From Curvularia clavata (taxonomy: Eukaryota), in assembly GCA_023920165.1 (NCBI GenBank), contig CP089274.1, forward strand, positions 3,968,001 through 4,032,000: a DNA stretch of 64,000 bases. The letters are read 5' to 3'. The notes beneath the pieces were generated by a model, which saw only the letters and a list, made by a program, of their open reading frames with translations, did no database searches and had not been told where the DNA came from. The translations under genes were made by a program, and so were the position numbers. Positions 35,598 to 48,237 of this stretch are shown one piece after another. How positions within the stretch are numbered: position 1 is the stretch's first letter; each line of letters starts with the position of its first letter.

Positions 35598-37111
35598 ATG
35601 TCTACACTAGAGGATCTCGACGATCTTGAGCGCCACGAGAAGGAAGAGAGAAAGGATGACGACAAGAAAGACGGGGACAAGGATGGGAAGAAGGCTGACG
35701 GTGATGCCGACATGAAGGATGCAGAGCCAGAAGAGGAGCAGCTGGACGAGGAGATTCTAAACTCAAGCACACGAGACATCATCGCGCGAAGGCGGTTACT
35801 GGAGAACGACATGCGCATCATGAAGAGCGAGTTCCAGCGGCTCACACATGAGAAGGCATCCATGAACGAGAAGATCAAGGACAACTTGGATAAGATCGAG
35901 AACAACAGGTATGCTATCTCCGTGCCGGGGGTCGGCCCCGCAGCGTGTCCACCAAACACCACCATTCGGACAAAAGATTGACTTTCTGCAGGCAACTGCC
36001 CTATCTCGTCGGAAACGTTGTTGAAATCCTCGATCTGGACGTCACAGCGGAGGCGGCTGAGGAGGGTGCAAACATCGATCTAGACGCCACCCGTGTCGGC
36101 AAGTCGGCCGTCATCAAGACATCTACACGGCAGACGATATTCTTGCCCCTCATTGGTTTGGTCGACCACGAGAAGCTGAAACCTGGAGATCTGATTGGTG
36201 TGAACAAGGACTCTTACCTAGTTCTAGATACACTTCCAGCAGAGTACGATAGTCGAGTGAAGGCTATGGAAGTCGATGAGAAGCCAACGGAGAAGTACAC
36301 TGATGTCGGAGGTCTGGACAAGCAAATCGAGGAACTTGTGGAGGCGGTAGTATGGCCAATGAAGGAGGCGGAGCGATTCAAGAAGATCGGCATCAAGGCT
36401 CCCAAGGGTAAGCATAGTGCCAGACCACCCTAGGACAACGGCTAACATGGCACAGGTGCATTGATGTACGGCCCTCCGGGTACGGGAAAGACGCTTCTGG
36501 CTCGAGCATGCGCCGCGCAAACCGACGCCACGTTCCTCAAGCTTGCCGGCCCGCAACTTGTGCAGATGTTCATTGGTGATGGCGCAAAGCTAGTCCGCGA
36601 CTGCTTTGCTCTAGCGAAAGAAAAGGCACCCTCAATCATTTTCATCGACGAGTTGGACGCAGTTGGTACGAAGCGTTTCGACTCGGAGAAGTCTGGAGAC
36701 AGAGAGGTGCAACGAACCATGTTGGAGCTTCTCAACCAGCTGGACGGTTTCGCGTCGGATGACCGCGTCAAGGTCTTGGCTGCTACCAACCGAGTCGATG
36801 TCTTGGATCCCGCCCTGCTCCGTTCCGGACGTTTGGACAGGAAGATTGAGTTCCCGCTGCCAAACGAGGAGGCTCGTGCACAGATTATGCGCATTCACTC
36901 AAGGAAAATGACTGTCGACGACGGTGTCAACTGGCAGGAGTTGGCACGCAGTACTGACGAGTTTGGTGGTGCTCAGCTGAAGGCTGTGTGTGTCGAGGCT
37001 GGTATGATTGCTCTCCGAACGGGCCATCAGAAGATCAGCCACGAGCACTACGTGGATGCCATTGCTGAAGTGCAGGCCAAGAAGAAGGATACAGTCAACT
37101 TCTACGCATAA
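35598..37111 (+). CDS. RPT5: 26S proteasome AAA-ATPase subunit 6A
   Basis: [37 protein letters not shown]-terminal FYA (HbYX). Two introns. Confidence 0.96.
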
Positions 37112-38222
37112 GGTGAGATTGGATGGTGGTGGTTTAGCTGTTTGCATGCATGTGCTCTCATGCCCAGCTTGTAATAATATTCAGGCCTCATCACGGTACC
37201 ATAGTCGAAATGACGATCATGAACGAATCAAGGCTGGGTCTTTCATCATGTGACATGTCGGGTTCTTTGAGATACGATGTAATGGTGCTAGAGAAGCGCG
37301 TGCGGTACGTTGGCTCTTCCAAGACACTTCATTGAGTCAGATTCCGGTATGGCTAGTATGTGATAGAGTGGCGCGCAGCACGCGGCAGGAAAGAGACGGC
37401 CTGCGCCTCAATCATGCCTTGCCCATATCGAACCCTCCGTATAGTCCAACCGCAGATGGCGCCCACGGTACTTTACGTTTGTCACTTTGGGCTTCAACGG
37501 TACGTGATAATCCGATCAACGTCTTGCCGCTGGATGTGGGAGGTTGGGAAATGCCGACATGGCCCGGATCATCAAGAGCTAGATAAGTCCGAGTTACTCG
37601 CATCCAAGGTAACAAGGCCGAAGAGTATTGGGCTTTGCTCATGCGTTCGAGGATTGACCACGTTCCTGCATGTCCATCAGTGGTTCTAGCACGCCCTCTC
37701 TCGCCCGCTCTGATTGGCTCCCGGCCCAGCGACGGACCTCAACCGTCCAACCTCAACACCAAGCACGCTTCACCCACGCGCAACAATGTCTCGACATGAT
37801 AGGTCAGCTGACGCATCGCCTCCCCACGGCCTATCCTCAGACCTGGAGAAACCTTCGGTCCCCTCAGACCCTGCATGCTCGCTTCTAGCGGCTGATTACG
37901 TTGGGGCTGTCCTGGGGTTCCAGTACCATGCCTAGCATCAATGGAAGATTGCCTCACGCCGCTCTGGCACACCTCACACCATGTGGCGGGCTCCATTGGC
38001 TGAAAGGCCTCAGAGGCCGGGAGGGCCATACCTTTCACAGTAGGTGGCGTGCCTGCAATCATGTGGAGATGCATTGTGACGAACCGAAGTCGGAATGATG
38101 CTTCGGAATGCTTTTCATATAACCCCTCCATGACGGTGGGGGACTTTGTTTTGCTTGATAGTACATTTTCATTCTTCTCTGCTTTGATCTCTGCTGGCCT
38201 GCTTCGCTGCAAAGTCGCAACT

Positions 38223-41109
38223 ATGCTGGACTTTTCAGCTTTCGTTCCGCGTGACCCCTTCCACCAGCTCACGGTCACTCTGTGTATCGTTGGCCTCTTC
38301 CTCGCTGCTGTGTTTGCTATTGCTCTCCGTCCAAAGAGCAAAGGACATGAGCCTAGCACCGTTGAAGCATACCTAAAGTTCATCTATGGTTGCTTCTTGA
38401 AGCCTCACACCGGTGATGGATCTGGAAGCCAGCAAGATGCTCTCGTATGGCGAATCTATACAATGCCTCACTGTAGCTAACCGCACAACAGGAGAGCTTC
38501 TACAAAGCACAGGCTGAAGTATACGATGCTACCCGCACCAGGCTCCTCCGCGGTCGCGAGGAAATGCTGGGATTGGTCGCCGCACAACTCAAGCACCGCA
38601 CTGAAGCCGGCCTGATTTCTCAGCGCCCTGTCTGGGTCGATGTAGGCAGATACTCACACTAGAAGTGGTACGGATGCTAACTAAAACAGATTGGTGGGGG
38701 AACTGGATTCAAGTGAGTGTACATGTGCTGGTCTTACCACACGCCTTCTAACGGACTCCTAGCGTCGAGCAAATGAACGCTTACGTCCCTGTGGCAAGCT
38801 TCTTCCGTTCAGTTTGTAAGTTGTAGAGGCTGAGTTCATCGAGTACTGCTAACCATCATAGACGTCGTGGACCTCTCACCGAGTCTTTGCGAGATGGCAC
38901 GCAAGCGCTTCGCCCGCCTAGGCTGGACCAACGTCAAAGTCATTTGCCAGGATGCACGTGCTTTCCGTCTGCACGAGCATGAGCCTCAGGCCTACGAACG
39001 CAAGGAAATGATCTCCAAAGGCCAGACTGTTCGCGACCTCGACGAGAACGCTGATGCAGGAGGTGCTGAGCTTGTCACTATGAGCTACTCCCTGAGCATG
39101 ATCCCCGAGTTCTATCCTGTCATTGACTCCGTGGGCAGCCTCTTGAGCCCCAATGGCGTCTTTGGTGTCGTCGACTTCTATGTACAAGACCAAGTGGACT
39201 TCCGGGGCAGGAACTACATTGGCGGTGCCATTGACCGTCACTGCATGTGGCTTTCCCGAGTCTTCTGGAGGGAGTGGTTTGCTATCGACAGAATTTCGCT
39301 TGGCCCTGCTCGAAGAGTAAGTTAGTTACGAAGGATCGGTGACACTTGCTAATTACATCAGGACTACCTCGAGTTTAAACACGGTACTATTCTCAGCATG
39401 AACGCCCGCAATAACTTCTTCAACACTGGTATCAAGCTCCCATACTACATCTGGATTGGATGCTCAAAGGATCACGGTGCTTCGACGCAGAAGCTCGCCA
39501 AGATTGATGCCGCTGCCACTGAATCCCCATACCTCAATGCGCTCGATCTTCAAACTGGAGCTGCACCGGCCGATGCTGAGGTTCATTCCAAGGCGTACGA
39601 ATCCGCAGTCATCAACCTCCAATCTAGCTTGCCTCTACCATCTGCATGGTACCAAAACCATCACTGGCGCATTCACTACGACTCATCCCTTCCCAAACAC
39701 ACTCGGTTCAACAACTCGTACATCTACGCCTTTACTTGGGAGGACGATGTGGCTGATATGCGACTCCTGAAGCCCACATCTAACGACGTCGTTTTGGCCA
39801 TTGGCTCCGCTGGTGACAACATCCTCGCTTTCTGCCTCGAGAACTGCCGTCGCGTTCACGCTGTCGACCTCAATCCCTCACAAAACCATCTTCTCGAGCT
39901 CAAGGTTGCAGCCTTCACAGCACTTGGCTATCAAGATGTTTGGAAACTCTTCGGAGAGGGCAAGCACCCAGACTTCCATGACATGCTCATCCAGAAGCTC
40001 AGCCCACATCTCTCATCGGAAGCCTTCCAGTTCTGGCTACAGAATGGTCCATCTGTCTTCTCTGCTAAATCCTCCAAGGGTCTCTACTACTCTGGCGGCT
40101 CAGGAAACGCCATCGCGATTGCCGGCTGGCTCTTCCGCATCCTTGGTATGACCTCTGATGTCAAGGCCCTCTGCGCAGCCCAAACCCTCAATGAGCAGCG
40201 TGAGATCTGGCAACGCAGCATCAAAACCGTGCTTCACTCCAAGATCCTAACCTACGCCGTCCTCGGTAACGAGAAGTGGCTTTGGAAAGCCCTCGGTGTT
40301 CCACCAGCCCAACGCGACGTCATCGAAGCCGACTTCAAGAAGACACAAGACTACGACGAAGCCAAGGCGACAAAACCCAAGGACACCGCCGCAGACTACA
40401 TGGCCTTCCACGAAGAGCCTTCCGACGAGGAACTCAAAAGTTCCAGCGGCAACGCCATCTACGAATACGTACTCAACACCTTCGAGCCTGTCGTCAACAC
40501 CACTCTCCTCAGTACCTCAAACCACTACTACCTCCTCACTCTCCTGGGCCACTACACCCCAACCTCTCACCCCACCTACCTCTCCCCCAAGTCTCACGTG
40601 AAGCTCTCCAAGCCCGGTGCCTTCAACGGCCTGCGCATCCACACGGACGAAATCTCCGAAGTGATTTCGCGCATGCGACCAGGCACCCTCACCATTGTCG
40701 TCGTAATGGACAGCATGGACTGGTTCCCTCCAAACGGTACACAAGCGCTTCGCCAGATCCGGGCGCTCAACCGAGCGCTCAAGGTTAAAGGCCGCGTTAT
40801 GCTGCGTAGTGCGGGCTTGGAACCGTGGTACATCAAGTGCTTTGCCGAGTGTGGCTTTGCGACAAAGAGGGTTGCGGTTAGGCTACCTGGCACGTGTATT
40901 GATCGGTATGTATCTCCTCTGCTTGCAATGTCTTTAAGTGGATGTGTATGCTAACGTATCACAGGGTCAACATGTACGCCTCCACATGGATTTGTACAAA
41001 GGAGGTGGAGCTCGTTAAGGAGATGACCAGTCCTAAGGTGAATGCGGGGCTGAGAAAGGCGTCGCTGGCTGAGTTGAAGCTTGAGGCTCCTGCTATGCGT
41101 GTTGAGTAG
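38223..41109 (+). CDS. BTA1: Betaine lipid (DGTS) synthase, fused methyltransferase + DUF3419 domains
   Basis: ESFYKAQAEVYDATRTRLLRGRE, WVDIGGGTG, SYSLSMIP, YIYAFTWED, VDLNPSQNHLLELK, MDSMDWF, DRVNMYAS. Multi-exon. Confidence 0.92.
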
Positions 41110-41591
41110 ACGTCTTCGTCCTCTGCGCATCGTCTTTTCTTTTGTTTCCTTGTACGTCGCTTGGCGGTTGATTCGTTGCTTTTATTCTTCCCCGAGTTGT
41201 TTTTTCTCTCTTCCACGTTTGATACCTAGAATGCACTGCCATGTCTTTGTCTCAGGCTTGTTGGTAGTAGCAATTGATGAGCGAGCAATTATCTTGCAAC
41301 AGATGCCTTGAAATTAATACTCTTTTTGAGCAATTGGTGAGCTACATGCCGCTATCTATCCGATTGCGTACAACAGCATCATTGTATCATCCAACCATTA
41401 TCGTATCAATTGGCTACACCTTAGCCCAAGAACAAATCCCTCCTATCCGCCCAAAACGAGGCTTTCCAAGTCTATTGCGCCCAAAGGAAAAGCGCCGGTG
41501 TCAAGATGCAAGCCGAAGACGGCAAATCCCTCCCAAAAAGCTGTACAGTCTGGTGAAAATCAAAATGGACGGTGCGAGCCGGGAGGGCTGT

Positions 41592-42433
41592 TTAATTGGC
41601 AGCGCCCGAGTAGCGCGTCTTTCCGACGGTGAAGGGAACATAGCGATATTTGATCATGTGCTGGATTTGTCGTCGCACTGCATTGGTTAGCCGGTGTTAT
41701 GTGGTTTTTCGTAAATGAGCAAACATACTCGTGAGGCCAAACAGAATCAACCAGTACACGACCAAGACGGGCCAGAAAACGGGCAGGTTGAAGATCTCGA
41801 ACCAGCTGCAGAAGAAGCCAATGGTGATGGCCTTTGTGGTCGAGTACCAGAACTTGAACTCAGGGAGCCTGCGAACGAAGGGGCGGAACTCCTGGTCCTC
41901 TTTTGTAGGCAGGCCGGAGGCATTGCCGTCTTCCATACCCTCATCTTGTTCGAGCGCTGGATCGAATTTGGGCGAGAGGAACGCGAGGAACAGGTTCAGG
42001 AGGTAGATGCCAAGAGAGTAGGCGACTGTGTATGTGGTTAGTGGGGTATTGCAAGCAGATACATCGCCACAGCGAAGTCTTCAGAGGTTACGGCAGGAGT
42101 TTGGGATAAGAAAAGAGTAGATACATACCGATGTACCATCCCTGGGCAAGAAATATGCGCAGAGCGAAGAGGAGGAAAAGAACTCCTGTTCCTCCCCATC
42201 GGTACGTGGTGTATGGTGTGGACTTGTCAAGATATGCTTGGAACATCTGCGCGAGACATTAGCAGATGCGCAGACTTGAGAAAACCGTCGCATAAACTAT
42301 GCACATGGACGCTCCATCTCGTCGCAAGTGCAAATCGGATGCGCGATGTCTGGTGGGGATGACCTACTCGTCCATACTTTGTGGTTTGCGCTGTAACGGC
42401 AGAGAAGGGGGTATCGGGTTCTGGGGCGTCCAT
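41592..42433 (-). CDS. RER1: Golgi-to-ER retrieval receptor Rer1
   Basis: AYSLGIYLLNLFLAFLSPKFDP, EFRPFVRRLPEFKFW, MRRQIQHMIKYRYVPF. Confidence 0.95.
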
Positions 42434-42815
42434 GGCTACGTCGCTTCGTAATCGTTCGTGCGTATCAAATGCTGTATCGTGAGAGAGGAAGAACGGACAA
42501 TGGGCGTGGTCGGAATGGCGCGTCTGCACAAGGGGCAAGTTGTTGAGTCGTGTCAAAATCACGAACCTGTGTTGCAAGGTAAGGCTGTGGCTGAGGGCTG
42601 CACCTGGGGTTCGCGCTAGTCCCAAAATAGCGTGGAAGCGCAACTGGCAGCTTCCAGACATGACAGGCTTTGGCGGGCGCTTTACCGAGGTGGCCGATGC
42701 TACCCACTTCAGGGCAAGCTATGAGCTCACTCGCCTTTGCATGTGCTCTTCCCAGTACTCCTGCAATATATAAGAGCTGGACTCGACGGATACCGTTCAA
42801 TTGACTATATTCAAG

Positions 42816-43779
42816 ATGCAGGCATTCCGATCAGCACCAAGAGTAGCCTCGCAATTCCGTTCCATCGGTCTACCCAGACTTGTGAGGGGGTACGCTACCG
42901 ACAAGTCCTACGAGCATGTGCTCGTGTCGGTGCCAAAGGACGGCGTTGGTTTGAGTAAGTTACAAGGACCTCTTAGTTTCATCACTCAATTGTTCTACCG
43001 CATCAACAAAAGTGCGTTATTACAAAAATGGGTATTAACAACGTCCAGTCCAGCTCAACCGTCCCAAGGCCCTCAATGCCCTCTGCACCCCTCTGATCCT
43101 CGAGATCAACCAGGCCCTGCGCGGATTCCAGAATGACAAATCCATTGGTGCTGTCGTTCTCACTGGCTCGGAAAAGGCCTTTGCGGCAGGCGCAGACATC
43201 AAAGAGATGAAGGATCTTACGTTTAGTGACGCATACGGAAACGACTTTATAGAATCCTGGTCAGACCTCGTTACGTTCATGAAGAAGCCGCTCATCACAG
43301 CTGTCAACGGGTATGCGCTAGGTGGAGGCTGCGAGCTCGCGATGATGGGCGACATCATGTACGCAGGACCCAAGGCAGTTTTCGGACAGCCAGAGATCAA
43401 GTTGGGCGTCATACCTGGCGCGGGTGGATCTCAGCGTCTAACAAAGGCAATTGGCAAGTCACGGGCCATGGAGATTATTCTCACAGGCGACAACATCTCT
43501 GCACAACAGGCGAGTGAATGGGGTCTTGTTGCAAAGGTATTCGAAACACCAGAGGCTTGTGTCGACGGCGCTATTGCGACGGCAGCCAAGATCGCGTCGT
43601 ACAGCCAGATCGCAGTCAAGGCCGCGAAGGAGGTAGTGAACAAGAGCCAGGAGCTCGGTATTCGGGAAGGCGTCGAATATGAGAGGAGGGTATTCCATGG
43701 CCTATTTGGAAGCCAGGACCAGAAGATCGGCATGAGTGCTTTCGCAGCCAAGGAGAAGCCTACCTGGACAAATAAATGA
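42816..43779 (+). CDS. Mitochondrial short-chain enoyl-CoA hydratase
   Basis: Arg/Ser-rich presequence, LNRPKALNAL, AFAAGADIKEM, GGGCELAM, FGQPEIKLG. One intron. Confidence 0.93.
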
Positions 43780-44103
43780 GGGGCATAGTGGAGATGACGT
43801 AGAGGCAGTCGCCGAGAGAATACAAGTGTGTTCTTCATCTTCTTCCACATGGTAAATATGAACTAAATTAATCAACAAAAGATGGAATTGACGAAAATGC
43901 ATCCTGTCTCAATCCAGCTAGACGTGCCTCGATAAGCCAGGTCGCGTAGCTTATCGCAGCGCTGACACCACATGACCACCTGTGCATACGCGTGCGTGCG
44001 TGCATGACATAACGCGAGGCTTGTGGGGAAACTCTCGGACGCTACCTCATCTGACATGCCTCGACTCCACAATGTATCCTCCCTCCCCAACCCATCTTCC
44101 ACC

Positions 44104-46050
44104 ATGGAAGCTGTACCACCGTGGCTACGAGACGCACTTAGGTTCGCTTTGACAGCGACCGCATCGACCCCAGAACCTTGGTCCCAGCATGAATACGATA
44201 ACTTTAAACCCGCTAGCGGAGGCGACCTTGTCGATCCGGATGACCCAGGAAAGGACCCGCGCTTTAGGAAACTAGTCGAGGCCATCCTATTTGGGCGGAG
44301 GTTGTTGAACACATACAATCTCGTCCTGGTGGGCGTCTTGTTACTCTTTACAATATGGCACTGGACCGAAAAGTTGGTCTTGCACCAACGAAGACGACAA
44401 GCGGCTATCAAGGCAAGCAATAGCGAACCCACCAGCGCAGAAGATGCAGAGGCTTGGAGCAGCTCAAGCAGCACTGTAGGAGGCAGTGTGACACCTCCAG
44501 ATGGAAATGCAGTGAAAATAACAAGCAGCGCCGATGAATCCAGCCCCCTTCTTCCCTCGCGACGACCACAGCCTAGGAGCGTTGGAGTATGGCGACCCTA
44601 CTATATGCTTAAAGCTGCTCTTCAATACCAGCCGCCCCAGCTACCCGTCGTCCATAGGGTCCTTCCCACCAACGCCGTCTCGCTTCTCGTCCTGGCATGG
44701 ACTGGTCTGATCCTCTTCTACAACTTCTATCGCATGCCCTTGTCCTTCAACTACATATTCGTATTTGGCGACCGATGCGGCCTCGTATTCGTCACCAATT
44801 TGCCTCTACTGTACCTCTTGGCTGCGAAGAATCAACCTATCACGTTCTTGACAGGCTATTCCTACGAGAGTCTAAACATCTTCCATCGAAGAGTTGGAGA
44901 AGTCATGTGTTTGGAGGCTTTCGTACACTTTCTAGGCATATTCGCTACGTGGTACGGGCTGCTGCGGCATTTGGGCTTCACACTTGCCAAATTCCTGTTC
45001 AACCGCGTAGTCCTGTTAGGTCTGGCCGCACTGATTGCGTATGAGCTGATCTATTTCACGAGTCTGGGCAGCTTCCGACAAAGATGGTATGAGATCTTCC
45101 TAGCACTTCACATCGTGCTCCAAGTGGCTGGACTTGTATTCTTGTGGTTCCATCACCACACATCGAGGCCGTATGTTGGCATCTCCCTTGGCATCTTCCT
45201 AATCGATCGGCTTGTGTATCGGCTGTGGCTGAAGTCGAGTACACATCCTGCGACTCTGACGGTACTTGAAGATGAGGAGACCGTCCTCGTCTCCGCAAAC
45301 TGGGAGGTCTCCTCGCAAAAGCCTGCGCTGGCACCGAAGAACATGAACCAAGGCTGGAATCCCAACGAACACATCTTCCTCTCTGTACCCGCCTTATCCC
45401 GGAAACACGCTATACAATCTCATCCTTTTACTATATTTTCTGCTGCCCCAACAGTATCCAAAAATGATTCCCAACCAAACCACGCCTGGTTCACCCTCCT
45501 CATTCGCGCCCAAGCCAAAGCAGGCTTTACCCACACGCTCCTCGAACACGCTCGCACCACCTCACAAACTCGAATCCGCCTTGACGGCCCTTATGGCTCC
45601 TCCCACGCTCTCGATATGCTCGAAGCTTCCTCAACTGCTGTCCTCATCGCCGGTGGTTCTGGAATCGCTGTTGCGTACCCACTGCTTTACTCTCTTCTTT
45701 GCCCTTCCTCCACCGACCCTGAAGCCGCTGCCATTCGCACAAAAAGGAAGGTCAAGTTACTATGGATAACGCATGCGCCCGCACACCGTCTCTGGATCCC
45801 TGAAAACAAGCTTGAAGAACTCGAGAATTGGGGCTTAGATGTGCTCATCCCACCGCCAACTAGTCTGGCCGGACGACCGAATGTGCGTCATATCTTGCGT
45901 GAGTGGGTGGAGCGAGAAATGAACGGGGGTAGAACAGGTATTGTAGTCAGTGGACCTGACGGCTTGGTGAGAGATGTAAGGAATACGTGTACGAGCTTGA
46001 TCTGGAGAGGTAGAGATGTAGATGTTCAAGTAGAGAAGTTTGGATGGTAA
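44104..46050 (+). CDS. Ferric reductase-like transmembrane oxidoreductase
   Basis: TM His pairs (FHRRVG, LH), HPFT FAD motif, DGPYG, IAGGSG, SGP, terminal EKFGW. An upstream ATG at 44056 is possible. Confidence 0.9.
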   Translation: MEAVPPWLRDALRFALTATASTPEPWSQHEYDNFKPASGGDLVDPDDPGKDPRFRKLVEAILFGRRLLNTYNLVLVGVLLLFTIWHWTEKLVLHQRRRQAAIKASNSEPTSAEDAEAWSSSSSTVGGSVTPPDGNAVKITSSADESSPLLPSRRPQPRSVGVWRPYYMLKAALQYQPPQLPVVHRVLPTNAVSLLVLAWTGLILFYNFYRMPLSFNYIFVFGDRCGLVFVTNLPLLYLLAAKNQPITFLTGYSYESLNIFHRRVGEVMCLEAFVHFLGIFATWYGLLRHLGFTLAKFLFNRVVLLGLAALIAYELIYFTSLGSFRQRWYEIFLALHIVLQVAGLVFLWFHHHTSRPYVGISLGIFLIDRLVYRLWLKSSTHPATLTVLEDEETVLVSANWEVSSQKPALAPKNMNQGWNPNEHIFLSVPALSRKHAIQSHPFTIFSAAPTVSKNDSQPNHAWFTLLIRAQAKAGFTHTLLEHARTTSQTRIRLDGPYGSSHALDMLEASSTAVLIAGGSGIAVAYPLLYSLLCPSSTDPEAAAIRTKRKVKLLWITHAPAHRLWIPENKLEELENWGLDVLIPPPTSLAGRPNVRHILREWVEREMNGGRTGIVVSGPDGLVRDVRNTCTSLIWRGRDVDVQVEKFGW

Positions 46051-47105
46051 AGATTTGTTGAATTGGACTTAGACAGATATGTTGTTTATAGATGTCTCTC
46101 GTTTTAGGGATAAATTGAGAAAGGCGGCGACGCTATTTGATTCTTTCAAATCATGTTTCTCTTGACAGTGTTTTGTAGAAACGAGTTTAGTGCTTCAGTA
46201 CTGATTTTGCACACGTGCAACTTTGTGTCGTAAATAGCTGGAATATAGCGTGGTATCATTATCACAACTTCTAACAAGCACTTAGAGTGTTTGCAGTCCT
46301 TTGAGTTGACGATTATGAGGAGTTCCTCTGCACCTTGATTCTTTTTCTCTCTTCCAACACACAGAGTATAATTCTGACATGGTACATCACTGCAAACCTC
46401 GTTAATCGACACAACAACTTCCAGACTTTCTAAGACTTTTCAAGTCCATACCAACAACCAAAAAACATTGCATTTTCGCCGTTTTTCCACAGGCTTTTTC
46501 ATGTCAGTAATAACCTCCATGAATAATTCATTCAAAAACACGCAATGAAGTAGCTGCGCAATATTCTTTCTAAAACATGATATTTTCGCTGCGATAATAG
46601 AGAGCATAAGCATCCCATCTGTACATAGAAAAGACATGAAAAAACAATATATCGAAAACGAATGCTATAACTATATATTGAGTACAGAAGGCGATCTCTC
46701 ATGTATGAAAACGCCATTTGCATATCCCATCAGTCTCAAGTATACGACCTAGTATATTACGATGTCTACGCATGTATAGTTGTCCGCACTGTTCTGATTA
46801 TACTACTACTATACATGTCTACGATCTCTCTTCGCTCCCAGTATTCAGCTTACGATAGTATCTTTACCGTCCGAGCAAAAAGAAAACCCCCTCCATCACA
46901 TATCAAAACCTTGCAGCCGAAAAATCATGTACCTATTTTGATTTCTATCGAAATCCAATTACAACAAGATATTTATCACATCAACCCCACTATACTACGC
47001 CCTCGAGGTCACGTAGCAATTTTCCTTTCGATAATCTACACTCAATCTCATTTCATCATCCACACAGCTCACAAATTCTACAGAAAAAAAAAAGTCAACC
47101 TTTCT

Positions 47106-47111
<6 letters not shown>

Positions 47112-47148
<37 letters not shown>
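47112..47148. repeat. (CT)n microsatellite
   Basis: Read directly. Confidence 0.9.
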
Positions 47149-47152
<4 letters not shown>

Positions 47153-48237
47153 ATACGTAACTCCACCCACACCAGCTATCGCCCGTGCCCATATTCATAT
47201 ACGCACAAACAAGCCATTACCCCATCGCCGCACAAATACCGACCAACGCACGCGCCTACATACTCGGGTCCTCGATCTAGTGGGGAAACACCGTATACAC
47301 ATCTCCGCACGCTTATCTGCGGGGGAAAAAAGCTACATAATAGAGTTGCTCACCTACCAACGGGCGGGAGCCTGTGTGTAGTACACTGCGTGTTCGCGTG
47401 TTCGCGTGTGCGTTAGTTTGCGCTTCGCTTGCCTTTTCCCGAGAGAGGGCGCGTGCATGCTTGCGGATGTGCTGTTAGTTTGAAGGAGTCTCGTATCGCA
47501 CGCATGTATGTGAGATTTGCTTTCTTATTGTGCACTTGTGGTTCGGGTATTGTTAATCGATGATTAGCAAGGGCATGATATGATTGTGCAATACAAAGTC
47601 AATGGGCTCTTTGCTATTTTCTCAACCTCCGCAATGGGGAAACGAATTAGCACGTGCCTGACGTTTCTTCCTTACAGCGATCAGGCAGTCAGCACGGAAG
47701 CAAGATGCGCAAATGCATGTTCCAGATTCTAAATGCCATTGTAGTCCGATCGCATCTATTGCTGTTCTCGGAACATGTTTTTACCGCCGGACGATCGCAT
47801 GAAACAAAGTCGGCGACATGTGCCCACACGACAGTTTCTCATGCTTCAACAACACCATTCGTGAGCCCATGTTTCGTACGACGTCGCGTTTGGTACCGCG
47901 TACCTGTTGTCGGGGAAGAATAAGCCCTCCCCCATGTCGATAACTAAAACACGGAGGATGAAACCGATAAGCGAAACCGAGGTTCGTCGATCAAATGGCT
48001 ATTGTGATCGGAGGTTTCTTTCCCGTGTGCTTCCTTCCCAACAAACTTGTTGCAAGCGGGAAGGGAGGGGGAGGGGAAGGGGGAAAAATGTTCCTTGTCG
48101 GAGCCATGACCCAAGCTTTCGCCAAACAAAAACATGAAACGCCCGGCAAGCCCCATCACGGCTCATGCATCAAGGTTACCCAGGGCACCTCTCCCGCTTC
48201 ACTCCTTGTCCTTCCTTGTAGGTTGGGGATCCCACCA

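Noticed and set aside
44104..46050. Ferric reductase as Starship cargo
   Set aside because: It lies among housekeeping genes in the core block.
46701..47381. 226-aa ORF
   Set aside because: Low complexity, runs through a (CT)n microsatellite, no protein-like features.
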